Shown in pieces: positions 49,700-59,630 of a DNA stretch of 64,000 nucleotides. Both the position numbers and the translations under genes were made by a program. The notes below the pieces were generated by a model that saw nothing but the letters and a program-made list of their open reading frames with translations, was not told where the DNA came from and ran no database searches. The DNA is from Candidatus Latescibacterota bacterium (GTDB lineage Bacteria > Latescibacterota > UBA2968), in contig OZ244960.1 in assembly GCA_965222605.1 (NCBI GenBank), positions 3,200,001 through 3,264,000 on the forward strand, given 5' to 3'. Position 1 is the first letter of the stretch; the number at the start of each line of letters is the position of its first letter.

Positions 49700-50588
49700 A
49701 GGAGGCTTTTTCTTCAAAAAGAGTGTATTGTTCTGGCGTAACATTTTTTTTTGCCAGTTTATAGTTTTCCGGCAAAATTTCAATTCCCATCGAGTTTCTA
49801 CCCATTTCAAGAGCTACCTGACACGTTGTACCGGAACCCACAAATGGATCGAGTACCCAATCGCGCTCTTGCGTAAAGAGTTTTATAAACCATTCGGGCA
49901 GTGTTTTGGGGAATGCCGCGCTGTGATTTTTATTTTGGCATTCTGTTGCCAGATGAAGGACATTGGTCGGATAAACTTTATCTCGTCCCTGCCAGTTGGA
50001 TACATTTTTTCCAAACCCACTTTGCGCTTTGGATTCATCTCGGGTTTTGTCTGTCGCACTCAAGTTTCTCAACCGGGCGTCTGCCCAATCGCCCACCGGC
50101 ACCATGACTGCCTCTTGATACATATTAATTTTTTTATTTTTATTAAATTGCAAGCAGCGTTCCCACGCATCGCGAAACCTATTGGGCCATTTTCCAGGAT
50201 AACAATTTTTTTTGTGCCATATAAATTCTTCTGTCCATAACCATCCTTGTTCTCTCATCCCCAGAATCAACTTCAATACATAAGTATGTCGCTCACCGTT
50301 GATTGCTTTCTCTTTAATATTTAAAATAAATGTTCCCGTAGGTTTCAGAACTCTGAGCATTTCTTGTGTTCTGGGCAAAAACCACTCGACGTACTTATCT
50401 GGCTTAATCCCGCCATAGGTATTTGCTCGACTATCGGCATAGGGGGGAGAAGTGACAATCAAATCAAATCGGTTGTCTGGGATTTCTGAAAGCACTTTCA
50501 GACAGTCTCCGAGACGAATATCTGTCTCAATTTTTTGACCTGCTATCTCAGTCATGCTCGAATTACTCGCCTTCATACACCGCTTCAT
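49677..50588 (-). CDS. DNA amino-methyltransferase, beta class (SPPY, likely m4C)
   Basis: TSPPY precedes HSAAFP and LDPFVGSGTT. An alternative start lies at 50555. Confidence 0.92.
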   Translation of the reverse strand: MKRCMKASNSSMTEIAGQKIETDIRLGDCLKVLSEIPDNRFDLIVTSPPYADSRANTYGGIKPDKYVEWFLPRTQEMLRVLKPTGTFILNIKEKAINGERHTYVLKLILGMREQGWLWTEEFIWHKKNCYPGKWPNRFRDAWERCLQFNKNKKINMYQEAVMVPVGDWADARLRNLSATDKTRDESKAQSGFGKNVSNWQGRDKVYPTNVLHLATECQNKNHSAAFPKTLPEWFIKLFTQERDWVLDPFVGSGTTCQVALEMGRNSMGIEILPENYKLAKKNVTPEQYTLFEEKASYETHHTA

Positions 50589-50706
50589 AGAAATCTCCCT
50601 AATTCATGTATTTTTTTAGATTTTTTAGGGGTACAATACCCTCCCTATCGTTGATATACTCACACAATGTCGATTTGTCAACCTTAGATCCGATCTTTGT
50701 TTTTTA

Positions 50707-52050
50707 TTATAGAGCGTATTCAGCCGCGTTTTCGCCCGCGATGAGGCCATACGCGAGGCCCATGCACAAGCCGCCTGTGTAGCCGCGGGTGTAAATGCCC
50801 CCACAATCGGCACCGGCTGCGTAGAGGCCGGGGATGGGGCGGTCGTTTTTGTCTAGGACTTGCGCTTTGGCATTGACTTTGGCTCCGCCGTAGGTAAAGG
50901 TGATGCCGGGCAGTGTGCGGATGGCGTAATAGGGCGGTGTGTTGAGGGGGATGAGGCCGCCGGATTTTGGTACTGAGAGGGTTTGGCCGTTGCCGGTGGC
51001 GCATGCGGCTGCGTATTCGGCCATTGTTTTTTCGAAGGTGTGGGCGGGGATGTGCCAGCGATTGGTCAATGCGCGGGCGAGTTCTTGAAGGGAGGCTGTT
51101 TCGATGACTTCGCCGCCTGCTTCGCGGATGTTTTTGACGCGGTCGTTGTCCGGGGTGGGCCATTGGGAGAGTGCGTTCTGGTTGTCGCGGATGTGCTGGT
51201 CAAAGACGAGTATGGCGGTGGCCTGGGGTTGTTGGACGAGGGTGTGGCAGGTGACTTCGTCGCCTAAGTATTCGTCGTCGAATCGCTCGCCTTTGAGGTT
51301 GATCAATACGGCGTATTCGCTGAAGTCGGGTTTGACTTTGAGGAAGTTGTGCAATCCGACTTGCGCGGGCGGTGCCGGGAGGAGGTGGCCGTAGAAGCGG
51401 TTTAATGGTCCGACGGGTTGCGCCCCTGCTTCGAGTGCGCTTTGAAATCCTCCGCCGGTGTTTTGGGGTACGGCGCGGACGATCATGTGATCGGATTCTG
51501 TGCCGAAATATTGCGCGCGCAATTTGGGGTTGCCCTGATATCCGCCGGTTGATAGGATGACGGATTGGGCTGTTATTTCTGAATGTGTGGTTTGTACGCC
51601 TGTGATGGGTTTGCCGTTGCCGCCGATGAGGCAGGTCAGGCTGGTGTGTGTGAGGATGGTGCCGCCTCTGTGTTGGAACTGATAGCCGAGGATTTCCATT
51701 GCGGTGCGGACGTCGGGCATGAATTGGTAGATGGTGCGTTGAAATTTGTAGGGGTTTGGTTCGTCGCGCGCTTGCAGGGATACGCCCTGTTTGAGAAGCC
51801 ATTCGATGCCTGTGTAGAAGTGGTCGATGAGCGCGTTGCCGAGTTCTGTATCGCCATTGGGCTGCACTTTGAGCCATTCGTCTATGTTTGATGCACACCA
51901 GATGGTCCCGCCCGATGCGGCCGCGGAGCCACCGATTGTTTCGGCTTTTTCGATGATGGCAACAGACGCGCCTTTTTCCCGAGCACGCAGCGCCGCACAC
52001 AATCCGCCAATGCCCGCTCCGGCTACTATGACGTCGTAATGGTCAGACAT
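50707..52050 (-). CDS. FAD-dependent oxidoreductase (fumarate reductase/TcuA/KstD flavoprotein family)
   Basis: GAGIGG, GGSAAASGG, STGGY, TYGG and GLYAAG motifs. Confidence 0.85.
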   Translation of the reverse strand: MSDHYDVIVAGAGIGGLCAALRAREKGASVAIIEKAETIGGSAAASGGTIWCASNIDEWLKVQPNGDTELGNALIDHFYTGIEWLLKQGVSLQARDEPNPYKFQRTIYQFMPDVRTAMEILGYQFQHRGGTILTHTSLTCLIGGNGKPITGVQTTHSEITAQSVILSTGGYQGNPKLRAQYFGTESDHMIVRAVPQNTGGGFQSALEAGAQPVGPLNRFYGHLLPAPPAQVGLHNFLKVKPDFSEYAVLINLKGERFDDEYLGDEVTCHTLVQQPQATAILVFDQHIRDNQNALSQWPTPDNDRVKNIREAGGEVIETASLQELARALTNRWHIPAHTFEKTMAEYAAACATGNGQTLSVPKSGGLIPLNTPPYYAIRTLPGITFTYGGAKVNAKAQVLDKNDRPIPGLYAAGADCGGIYTRGYTGGLCMGLAYGLIAGENAAEYAL

Positions 52051-52120
52051 TATGTTTCTCCTGTGAATTATTCAACGCAAGACGCATCCTAATACAGTTT
52101 ACACCCGCTGTCAAGGCAAA

Positions 52121-52163
52121 GAAAAGAGGAGGTGACATGTTGTGATGTCACCTCCTCTTTTTG
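52121..52163. terminator. Strong hairpin downstream of tRNA-Leu
   Basis: AAAAGAGGAGGTGACAT...ATGTCACCTCCTCTTTT. Confidence 0.7.
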
Positions 52164-52260
52164 TATATTTATTGTATTCTTTTAGAAAAAAAATATTTCG
52201 CCGTTGTCTAATGTGACAAAAAATGGGCTTACGCCAATCCGACGTAAGCCCTTGTTTGTA

Positions 52261-52347
52261 TGGTGCCGAAGGTGGGACTCGAACCCACACGGCCTTGCGG
52301 CCACTGGATTTTGAGTCCAGCGCGTCTACCAGTTCCACCACTTCGGC
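52261..52347 (-). tRNA. tRNA-Leu(CAA)
   Basis: GCCGAAG acceptor, CTGGA-CTCAAAA-TCCAG anticodon arm, long variable arm, GTTCGAGTC and encoded CCA. Confidence 0.96.
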
Positions 52348-52393
52348 ACCTGAAGTTCCGTGCTGAACAATATCCCAAACGCGGGATTGTGTG

Positions 52394-52960
52394 TCAAGGG
52401 TTTTTGAAGTGATCGCTCTCCGCGCGTGGCGGTCCGATGATTTCGTTGTAGATGATGGCTTTTCGGATGGTGTTGGGTTCAAAATCGAGTTTTATGCGTC
52501 GTTTTTTGCGTTTGGGGCGAATGCGTGTTTGGGTTTCAGATGAGCGTATAAATGGGGTTTTGCCTTCGATGTAAGACGATTGGTCAGAGACCGGGCGTTT
52601 GCCTTCAACTTCCTGAAATTCCGGTCCTGTGTCTGCTTCTGAAACGGGACGTTTGCCATGCACTTCCCGAAATTCCGGTCCTGTGTCTGATTCGGAGACG
52701 GGGCGTTTGCCCTGTACCTCCTGGAACTCTGAAGGGGGTTTGGGTTCGGGTTCAGGTTCGGGAGATCCGAAGAGCACTTCCCATTCAGACAGGTCAATCT
52801 CCTCTTCAAAGGGGTCGTCGGCACCTATATCGCGGGACGGGTGCCTGCGCTGGAGTTTGGTTTCATCGGGTTCTCTGGCCCCTCGCAGCTTTTTTATGAG
52901 CGGCGATAAAAGGCCGAAGAGGAGAAACACGATTATCGGTATAATTACTTCCAGTTCCAT
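52394..52960 (-). CDS. Membrane-anchored protein, YqfB-like third gene of the nfeD-floA operon
   Basis: N-terminal TM, three 18-aa repeats, C-terminal KAIIYNEIIGPPRA. Confidence 0.7.
   Translation of the reverse strand: MELEVIIPIIVFLLFGLLSPLIKKLRGAREPDETKLQRRHPSRDIGADDPFEEEIDLSEWEVLFGSPEPEPEPKPPSEFQEVQGKRPVSESDTGPEFREVHGKRPVSEADTGPEFQEVEGKRPVSDQSSYIEGKTPFIRSSETQTRIRPKRKKRRIKLDFEPNTIRKAIIYNEIIGPPRAESDHFKNP
52583..52730 (-). repeat. 54-bp in-frame tandem repeat x~3
   Basis: EFQEVxGKRPVSExDTGP units. Confidence 0.85.
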
Positions 52961-52990
52961 AATGTAGAGCCGTTTGTTAGGGGTTAATGA

Positions 52991-53968
52991 TTAGTTATTG
53001 TCTTCTTCTTCGGTTTCACCGGCGATGCCTTCGCGCATTTGCGTATCGGCTTCGATGTTGCGCATGCGGTAGTAGTCCATGATGCCCATGTTGCCACTGC
53101 GGAAAGCTTCGGCCATTGCGAGGGGTACTTCGGCTTCGGCTTCGACGACGCGGGCGCGCATTTCCTCAACGCGGGCGGCCATTTCTTGTTCTTGCGCGAC
53201 GGCCATTGCTCTGCGTTCTTCGGCGCGTGCCTGTGCGATGTTTTTGTCGGCTTCGGCCTGATCTGTCTGGAGTTTTGCGCCGATGTTGTCGCCCACATCG
53301 ACGTCGGCGATGTCGATGGAGAGGATTTCGTAGGCCGTGCCCGAGTCGAGGCCCTTGTCGAGTACGGTTTTGGATATCATGTCGGGATTTTCGAGTACGT
53401 CTTTGTGGGTTTCTGCGGAGCCGATGGTGGTGACGATGCCTTCACCCACGCGGGCCATGATGGTTTCTTCACCTGCGCCACCGACCAGGCGTTCTATGTT
53501 GGCGCGAACTGTGACGCGAGAGGTGGCTTTGACCTGTATGCCGTCTTTGGCAACGGCGGTGACCATGGGGGTGGAAATGACTTTGGGGTTGACGCTGACC
53601 TGTACGGCTTCGAGTACGTCGCGCCCGGCCAGGTCAATAGCTGCCGCGCGTTCGGGCGTCAGTCCTATGCCAGCTTTGTCTGCGGCGATGAGGGCATTGA
53701 CGACGTTTTCGACATGGCCGCCGGACAGATAGTGGGCTTCGAGAAATGCGGTGGAAATGTCGAGGCCCGCTTTGGTTGCGTTGATTTGCGAGCCGAGGAT
53801 GACACGCGGGGGGACGCGACGCAGGCGCATGCCGATGAGTTCGCCAATGCCGATGCGCACGCGCGCGGCAATGGCGGAGATCCAGAGGCCGACGGGGATG
53901 AAGTAGAAGAAGAGGGAGAGTCCCAGAATACCTGCAACAACAATGAGGAGGAGAAAAATGGCGTCCAT
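52991..53968 (-). CDS. floA: Flotillin-like protein FloA (YqfA)
   Basis: [18 protein letters not shown] and [13 protein letters not shown] motifs. Confidence 0.93.
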   Translation of the reverse strand: MDAIFLLLIVVAGILGLSLFFYFIPVGLWISAIAARVRIGIGELIGMRLRRVPPRVILGSQINATKAGLDISTAFLEAHYLSGGHVENVVNALIAADKAGIGLTPERAAAIDLAGRDVLEAVQVSVNPKVISTPMVTAVAKDGIQVKATSRVTVRANIERLVGGAGEETIMARVGEGIVTTIGSAETHKDVLENPDMISKTVLDKGLDSGTAYEILSIDIADVDVGDNIGAKLQTDQAEADKNIAQARAEERRAMAVAQEQEMAARVEEMRARVVEAEAEVPLAMAEAFRSGNMGIMDYYRMRNIEADTQMREGIAGETEEEDNN

Positions 53969-53996
53969 AAAAAAAGCTCCTTAAAATTGGTCGGAT

Positions 53997-55331
53997 TTAT
54001 GCGTCTTCGGTTTTTCGCACAATGACGCGACTGCCTTCGATTTCGATGATTGTGATGGGCGTGTCTTTGGTTAAGTATTCGCCTTCGGTCGATACGCTGA
54101 TGCGGCGACCGTCAAATACGCCGGTGCCTCCGGGGCGCAGGTCTGTAAATGCGATGCCTGAAGTACCTGAGAGGTCGCTGTAGGGTGCCGCAACATACCC
54201 CTCGGAAGCTTTTTCTTCGGTATCGAGTACCAGGCGATTCCAGATTCTGGATTTTGGGAGGGAACGCAAAATGAGAATGGCCAGGGCACCGGTGAGAATG
54301 AAAGATAAGAGCAAGGGGGTGAGTGCGGCGTTGATGTCGTTCCAGGTCCAGAGGTCATAGCGCCCCATGAGGCTTAAGAACAGGCTGGTTAAGATCAGGA
54401 TTGCCCCGGGAATGGCGAGTAGGCCAAAACCCACGACGAAGAACAGGTCGATGAGGATGAGCGCGATGCCGATAAAGAAGATGAGGATTTCAGACCAGTC
54501 GGCGAGGTTGACGAGCAGGTGGCTGCCGAAAAATAGTCCCAGGCAGATTAAGCCGATGGTGCCGCCGATGCCCCAGCCCGGGCTTTGGATTTCGAATATC
54601 AGGCCCAGAAATCCCAGGGTCATGAGTAGCGAGGCGAGGTAGGGGTGGGTGAGATAGCGCACGGCTTGTTCGGCCCAGGTGGTCGATTGGTGAATGATGT
54701 TGGCCTGTACGAGGTCGTAGTGTTTGAGTACGGCGACGAGTTTTTCCGATTCGTTTTTTTCGGCGATTTTGTGTTCGGCTATGCCGTTTTCAACGGCTTC
54801 TTCAGTGGTCAGGGTGAGTAGCTTGCCTTTGGGGGCAAGGCCCTCGACATCGACGTCTTCATCGACCATGGCTTCGGCCAATTTGGATGAGCGGCCGGTT
54901 TTTTCGGCTGTGGCTTTCATTTCGTTGCGGAAGTAAGAGATGATTTTTTCACTGGCTTTGTTGCCTTGTATATCGACGGCTGTGGCCGCGCCAATGGTGC
55001 CGCCTTCGACCATGATGATGTGGTCGGTAGATAGAGAGATGAGGGCACCGGCAGATATTGCGCGGGGGTTGATAAAGGCGATGGTTTTGACTTCGCTGTA
55101 GAGTATGGCGTCTCGGATGGTGAGCGCGGCATCGAGGGCACCGCCAGGGGTGTCGATTTCAAATATGACGGCAGCGACGCCCGCGTCTTCTGCGTCGTTC
55201 ATGACGCGCGTGACAAAAGCGGCAACGCCGCCTTCAATGGTGCCGTTGATTTTGGCGACGTGTACTTCTTCTGCCCGGGTGGGCAAACCGAGTCCCAGAA
55301 TGAGTACGAGGAGTGTGAGTACAGGTTTCAT
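53997..55331 (-). CDS. nfeD: NfeD family membrane serine protease
   Basis: IDTPGG, AISAGALI, a TM bundle and the DLRPGG OB-fold. Confidence 0.92.
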   Translation of the reverse strand: MKPVLTLLVLILGLGLPTRAEEVHVAKINGTIEGGVAAFVTRVMNDAEDAGVAAVIFEIDTPGGALDAALTIRDAILYSEVKTIAFINPRAISAGALISLSTDHIIMVEGGTIGAATAVDIQGNKASEKIISYFRNEMKATAEKTGRSSKLAEAMVDEDVDVEGLAPKGKLLTLTTEEAVENGIAEHKIAEKNESEKLVAVLKHYDLVQANIIHQSTTWAEQAVRYLTHPYLASLLMTLGFLGLIFEIQSPGWGIGGTIGLICLGLFFGSHLLVNLADWSEILIFFIGIALILIDLFFVVGFGLLAIPGAILILTSLFLSLMGRYDLWTWNDINAALTPLLLSFILTGALAILILRSLPKSRIWNRLVLDTEEKASEGYVAAPYSDLSGTSGIAFTDLRPGGTGVFDGRRISVSTEGEYLTKDTPITIIEIEGSRVIVRKTEDA

Positions 55332-55386
55332 CGATAGGATCCTCCATAATATATTTCTATGAATACCTTATATTGAGGTGGTTGTC

Positions 55387-55443
55387 AAGTGTGAAGGGTG
55401 AAGTAGGAAGTGTCATCGCGGCATGATGTTGAGCCGCGATCCA
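55387..55443. repeat. REP-like palindromic repeat (simple form)
   Basis: AAGTGTGAAGGGTGAAGTAG followed by GTCATCGCGGCATGATGTTGAGCCGCGATCCA. Confidence 0.8.
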
Positions 55444-55494
55444 CTGGGTGGTGGCAGGGTGGGGCTGACCGCTGATAGCTTGTTTTTCCAATGC

Positions 55495-55523
55495 TTGACA
55501 CTATAAGCGTTTTCCTGTATTTT
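55495..55523 (+). promoter_or_regulatory. Sigma70-type promoter of tRNA-Met
   Basis: TTGACA-17 bp-TATTTT, about 20 bp upstream of the tRNA. Confidence 0.6.
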
Positions 55524-55542
55524 TCTCGCCCTGATATCATGT

Positions 55543-55615
55543 GGCGGCATAGCTCAGCTGGTAGAGCAGTGGAATCATAATCCATGGGTCGGGGGTTCGA
55601 GTCCCTCTGCCGCTA
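55543..55615 (+). tRNA. tRNA-Met(CAT), elongator-like
   Basis: GGCGGCA/TGCCGCT acceptor, GTGGA-ATCATAA-TCCAT anticodon arm and GTTCGAGTC; followed by CTA rather than CCA. Confidence 0.93.
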
Positions 55616-55847
55616 CTAATAAATATAAGAAAGCCCGTCAATCGGTGGTGATCGACGGGCTTTTGTTTGTACTCGAGGCGAGCAGAGGGGTATAACTACG
55701 ATAGCAGTTTATCAGCGTCCCTAAAGGGCGGTTATGAAGATGAACATTGGACTTGACAGTGCCGAAGCCGCGCTTGACGAACTATATGACTTCAGCACCT
55801 CAATCAGCACAGGGAGGAAGATGGTTTGCACCATTACCCATTCCTGA

Positions 55848-57818
55848 TTACTGAGAGGATAACGCGGTACACATTTTATACCGCCACAGGCCAATATGAG
55901 CGGTTTGCCTACTTCCAACATACCGAGGATTTCGTCCTCTCCTTTCCTGTGCTGGAAAAGACGCTGCACCTTTTACGCGGTATATTATTCGATGTAACTC
56001 TACTATTTCATTGCCAGCAGTCGCCTCACCAGCTAGATAACTTAGCTGGTCGTCATCGCCTCTCACCGCAAACACGACTCCATGGTCATTTGGCGTGGAG
56101 TCATAAAGGTTTGTCACCCTTGGATCATTCAAATATAAATCATGCATGATGAGGAATACCAAAGATTGTGATACACTCCCTATTCCCCCAGAATCACCTA
56201 ACAATATACTATCCAGATTATTATCCCCCTGCACAAATTCACCAGTTCCGCTAATCATCCGCAGATTCGCATCCTGTTGACTAAAATGACTTAAGACTTT
56301 GCCAGTGTATATAACATGTTCTCCACAAAAGAGGTCATGCACAATTTCATTGTAATTGTTTTGTGCTTTCAATTTTCTATGGAGAACCTCTGCGTGACGC
56401 CATCCGATTAAAGATGCAAATCTATGATTGGGGAAAACGCTCAGGAGTGTTTGTTTGGTGTAAATGAGACGGACATTGAATCCCCTTGTACGCTCATAGC
56501 TTTGATACTCCAACAGTCGAATGCGAGGATTCATATATTGAAATAGAGCATAACTATAAACCATAGCCTCAATGTCATCAGCAGTAAAGCGATCCCCATA
56601 ATGAGGACTTTCTGTGCCTTCAAATGCAAAATTCGATCCCCATATCGGTTTATTCAAGCTCCCGTGACAAGTCTGACAAGTTGACGGGTTAGTGATAGTG
56701 GGTGGCGTGTTGGAAAAGTCTATCACACCGGCTATCCACCGCGCATTTTCAACATCGGTTTGCAGGAATTCCACCTGCTCATTGGAAGAACTTTCGGGAT
56801 TTGTCGTCCACGTCAGAATAAAATCAGCCGTTGCCCCCCACGACACGACTCTTGGATGCGCTTTAGATATAAAGTCTTTTGCCGGACTTTTCGATTCAAA
56901 AACAGTCACAAAAAACTGCTTGTACAGTTGCGGTAACGCAGCTATGAACGCTTCCACAGACGACACACTATGCTCGGAAATATATGTTTCAACAACCGAT
57001 TGAGTCAGTATCTCTGGAAGCAAATCCGACGGAACCTGTGGCATTGGCGCATAAGTTGCAGACCGTTGCAAAGCAACAATGCTTTCATATTGGGCACGAT
57101 TTTGTGAATTTGACAGCAGATCACCAGTATCACCATACCGATTTGATGGCGTGCTGCCACCACTTCCGCCACCACTTCCGCCACCACTTCCGCCACCACT
57201 TCCGCCTGAAAATATTGGTCCCGCTGCCGGGATCACAGGGATGCCTAAAACAGGCGATGACCAGTCACTTGCTCCGCCGCCATCCGTCAGCGTGCGTACC
57301 CTCACCAAATACGCCTGTCCGTTGAGCAGTCCTGTGATGATCAGGCTGTCCAACTGACTGCTGACACGTTGAGTGCCTGCCCATTCGTCGCTATCTTCTT
57401 GTGGCGGATCGTATGGGTCCAGCCGCTTTCGATGGGCTACCTCATATCCGGTTACAGATGGCTTGCCATCCTCATCAAGCACGGCATCCCAACGCACCGT
57501 CAATTTGCTATCACCGTCTTCAACGACCACATTTGCAGGCACAGTGGTCGTTTTCTCGGAGCTCACTGTTTTGCCAAAGTCATCGACAAAGAGCAGGAAA
57601 TCAGGAATACCAATTACACCATTGCCATCGAGATCATATTTTGCATCATACAGTTCTTGACCCACCCTTGACCCAAACGCATCGACAAAGAGCAAAAAGT
57701 CGGGAATATCTACAACACCATTCCCGTTAAAGTCGGGAGATTTCACTGTTTGAGCTTCTACGGCCAATACAACAGCCGAGAAAACAACAACTAAAGTTTG
57801 CAACATGAACTTGTACAT
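55848..57818 (-). CDS. Secreted protein: EF-hand/dockerin-like module + FN3 + Gly linker + CxxCH domain
   Basis: Signal peptide, DFNGNG/DLDGNG pair, LTVRW..GY..ITGLLNGQAYLVRVR, (GGSG)n linker and CQTCH. Confidence 0.8.
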   Translation of the reverse strand: MYKFMLQTLVVVFSAVVLAVEAQTVKSPDFNGNGVVDIPDFLLFVDAFGSRVGQELYDAKYDLDGNGVIGIPDFLLFVDDFGKTVSSEKTTTVPANVVVEDGDSKLTVRWDAVLDEDGKPSVTGYEVAHRKRLDPYDPPQEDSDEWAGTQRVSSQLDSLIITGLLNGQAYLVRVRTLTDGGGASDWSSPVLGIPVIPAAGPIFSGGSGGGSGGGSGGGSGGSTPSNRYGDTGDLLSNSQNRAQYESIVALQRSATYAPMPQVPSDLLPEILTQSVVETYISEHSVSSVEAFIAALPQLYKQFFVTVFESKSPAKDFISKAHPRVVSWGATADFILTWTTNPESSSNEQVEFLQTDVENARWIAGVIDFSNTPPTITNPSTCQTCHGSLNKPIWGSNFAFEGTESPHYGDRFTADDIEAMVYSYALFQYMNPRIRLLEYQSYERTRGFNVRLIYTKQTLLSVFPNHRFASLIGWRHAEVLHRKLKAQNNYNEIVHDLFCGEHVIYTGKVLSHFSQQDANLRMISGTGEFVQGDNNLDSILLGDSGGIGSVSQSLVFLIMHDLYLNDPRVTNLYDSTPNDHGVVFAVRGDDDQLSYLAGEATAGNEIVELHRIIYRVKGAASFPAQERRGRNPRYVGSRQTAHIGLWRYKMCTALSSQ

Positions 57819-57919
57819 AATCTATACCTCCTGGTTTGATATGCACAGTCAGTGCGTATCGGGTTGTGGAATAAGATCAAGTCCAAAAAGTTCTGTAAAA
57901 AGGTAGCTCCGTGATATAG

Positions 57920-59625
57920 CCCGACTAATTCATGAACAGTAATGTTTTGGTGTGTATGGCCTGTGCAATCGGTTCCAATCAGCAAAATTAGTGTGCTTGC
58001 CGTCTTATCAGCCCGCTTTGGCGTCTTCATAAGGAGCAAGCCGCCCAGCATCGTCACCTGCCCGGCCTTGAGGGTGTCAAAAAGTACAGCCCCCTTGCCC
58101 GCTCTGTGTGTGGGCAGGTCGGTGTATTTGTAAAGTCAAGACGTGATGGCGTAGCCCCCTTCCCCTCCCCCGTTGACGAGTTATGGCACAGCTTTTGCCA
58201 GATTGCTCAGGATTTTATCAAAAAGGTGTGGCAATGGAAATGACATAGGCAGATGGAAGGTGATCTTGGTTTTCAACTCACAGACGCGCCCGGCGACTTT
58301 CAAAAAGCGATTTTGGATGGTATTGACCTGTGCGTTTATCCACTTTGTGCCTTGTAATCCGATGTGCGCTAAGGTGTGCAACAAGACATAGGCAGCCGAA
58401 TGGAGGAAGAGGCGGAACTGATTGGCTCCAAATGCGTGACAGGATGTGCGGTCTGAGTGGAGAAAGGTTTTGTGATTTTTAATGAAGTTTTCCATCTGTC
58501 CGCGTGCACAATAGACGCTTTGGTAGATAAAGGAGGCCTGAGAACTTTCAAGGTTGGTCACGACAAAGCGTGTGTTTTGGCCTCGGTCACTGATTTCTGC
58601 CTTGCATAAGATGCGTCTGGCAGCAGACCAAGTCTGGGCCTGGTAATAAAATGAGGTAAAAAGTCGCACGGGCTTCTCGGTCTGTGCATAAAGGCTTTTG
58701 GCCTGATCCATCAGGGGCTTTGCCAAGGTTAAGAGCCGGGTATTGGCGGTCTGTCCGAGGATAAAATAGAGGTCGTGGGTCAAACAGAAGTCTTGCACTT
58801 GTGGACAAGAAAAGTGAGCATCACCCCGCAAAAAGATCGCCACCCCTGGCCAAGCGGCACGCAGATAGACCACCAACCGCTTGAGGATGGCGACAAGCTG
58901 TGGACCGCTTGGACGCACACCCGGACGCAAAATCGTCGTGATCAGCTTACCACTTTGCCCTTCATATATATGCAAGGGCTGGTAGGCGTAGGCATTGAAA
59001 TAGCCATTGAATAAGGATAATTGCTGCGTCCCATAAACCGTATCCTGTGTATCATCGATATCTAAGATGATCGCCTTGGGCGGCTTTTCATAAGAGGCAA
59101 TAAAACCATCGACAAAGGCGCGAGCAATCCGATATAAGTCGCTTCTGCTCATCTAATTCTCAAAACGACTCATCGTGGGTTGACTGCCCAAGTGCTCACC
59201 ACTTATGGGCAAGCGATCACAGGCCGCCTTGAAACCCGGATCGCTACGTAAGGCATCGCAATCGTTGGCATCTTCATACCCGCAGGCAATCTGAAACACG
59301 CGCTGTTTGACCAACTCTGACACCGAATGAGCCACATAACTTGGATGCCGACGGTCTGTAATCGCCGCAATGATGCGGGATAGAATGCCAGATTTAGCCG
59401 CGACTTCTCGCAGCAACAAAACACCGCTATCGCTGGTGAGAATGCCCCCATCAAAGGCGATGTTGACACGTTTGCCGAAAATGCTTGCCAAAGGAACCTT
59501 GCTATGATTATCTTTTCTACTCACGGTAGTTTCCTCCAAGTTCATTGTTGAACGGTTATGTCCATAACCATATAATAATACAATAACTTGAATAAGGAAA
59601 CTACCTTTTTTATGAATTTTTCAGG
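57920..59625 (-). mobile_element. IS1380-family element, copy 2
   Basis: Termini match copy 1 (CCCGACTAATTCATGAA / TTTATGAATTTTTCAGG); TSD ATAG at 57916-19 and 59626-29. Confidence 0.9.
58181..59545 (-). pseudogene. IS1380 transposase with in-frame TAG
   Basis: TAG at 59155-59153 where copy 1 has CAG (ENQMS). Confidence 0.9.
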
Positions 59626-59630
59626 ATAGG

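Noticed and set aside
47300-52260. R-M block as an island integrated at tRNA-Leu
   Set aside because: I found no duplicated tRNA-Leu 3' end, and a host-like flavoprotein gene lies between the two.
52111-52482. 123-aa ORF
   Set aside because: It is a translation through the tRNA-Leu gene.
16917-55443. Recurring palindromes as a CRISPR array
   Set aside because: Copies are dispersed kilobases apart with no regular spacers, and there are no cas genes.
57158-57205. 12-bp tandem repeat as a phase-variation switch
   Set aside because: The unit is a multiple of three and encodes a Gly-Ser linker, so slippage changes only linker length.
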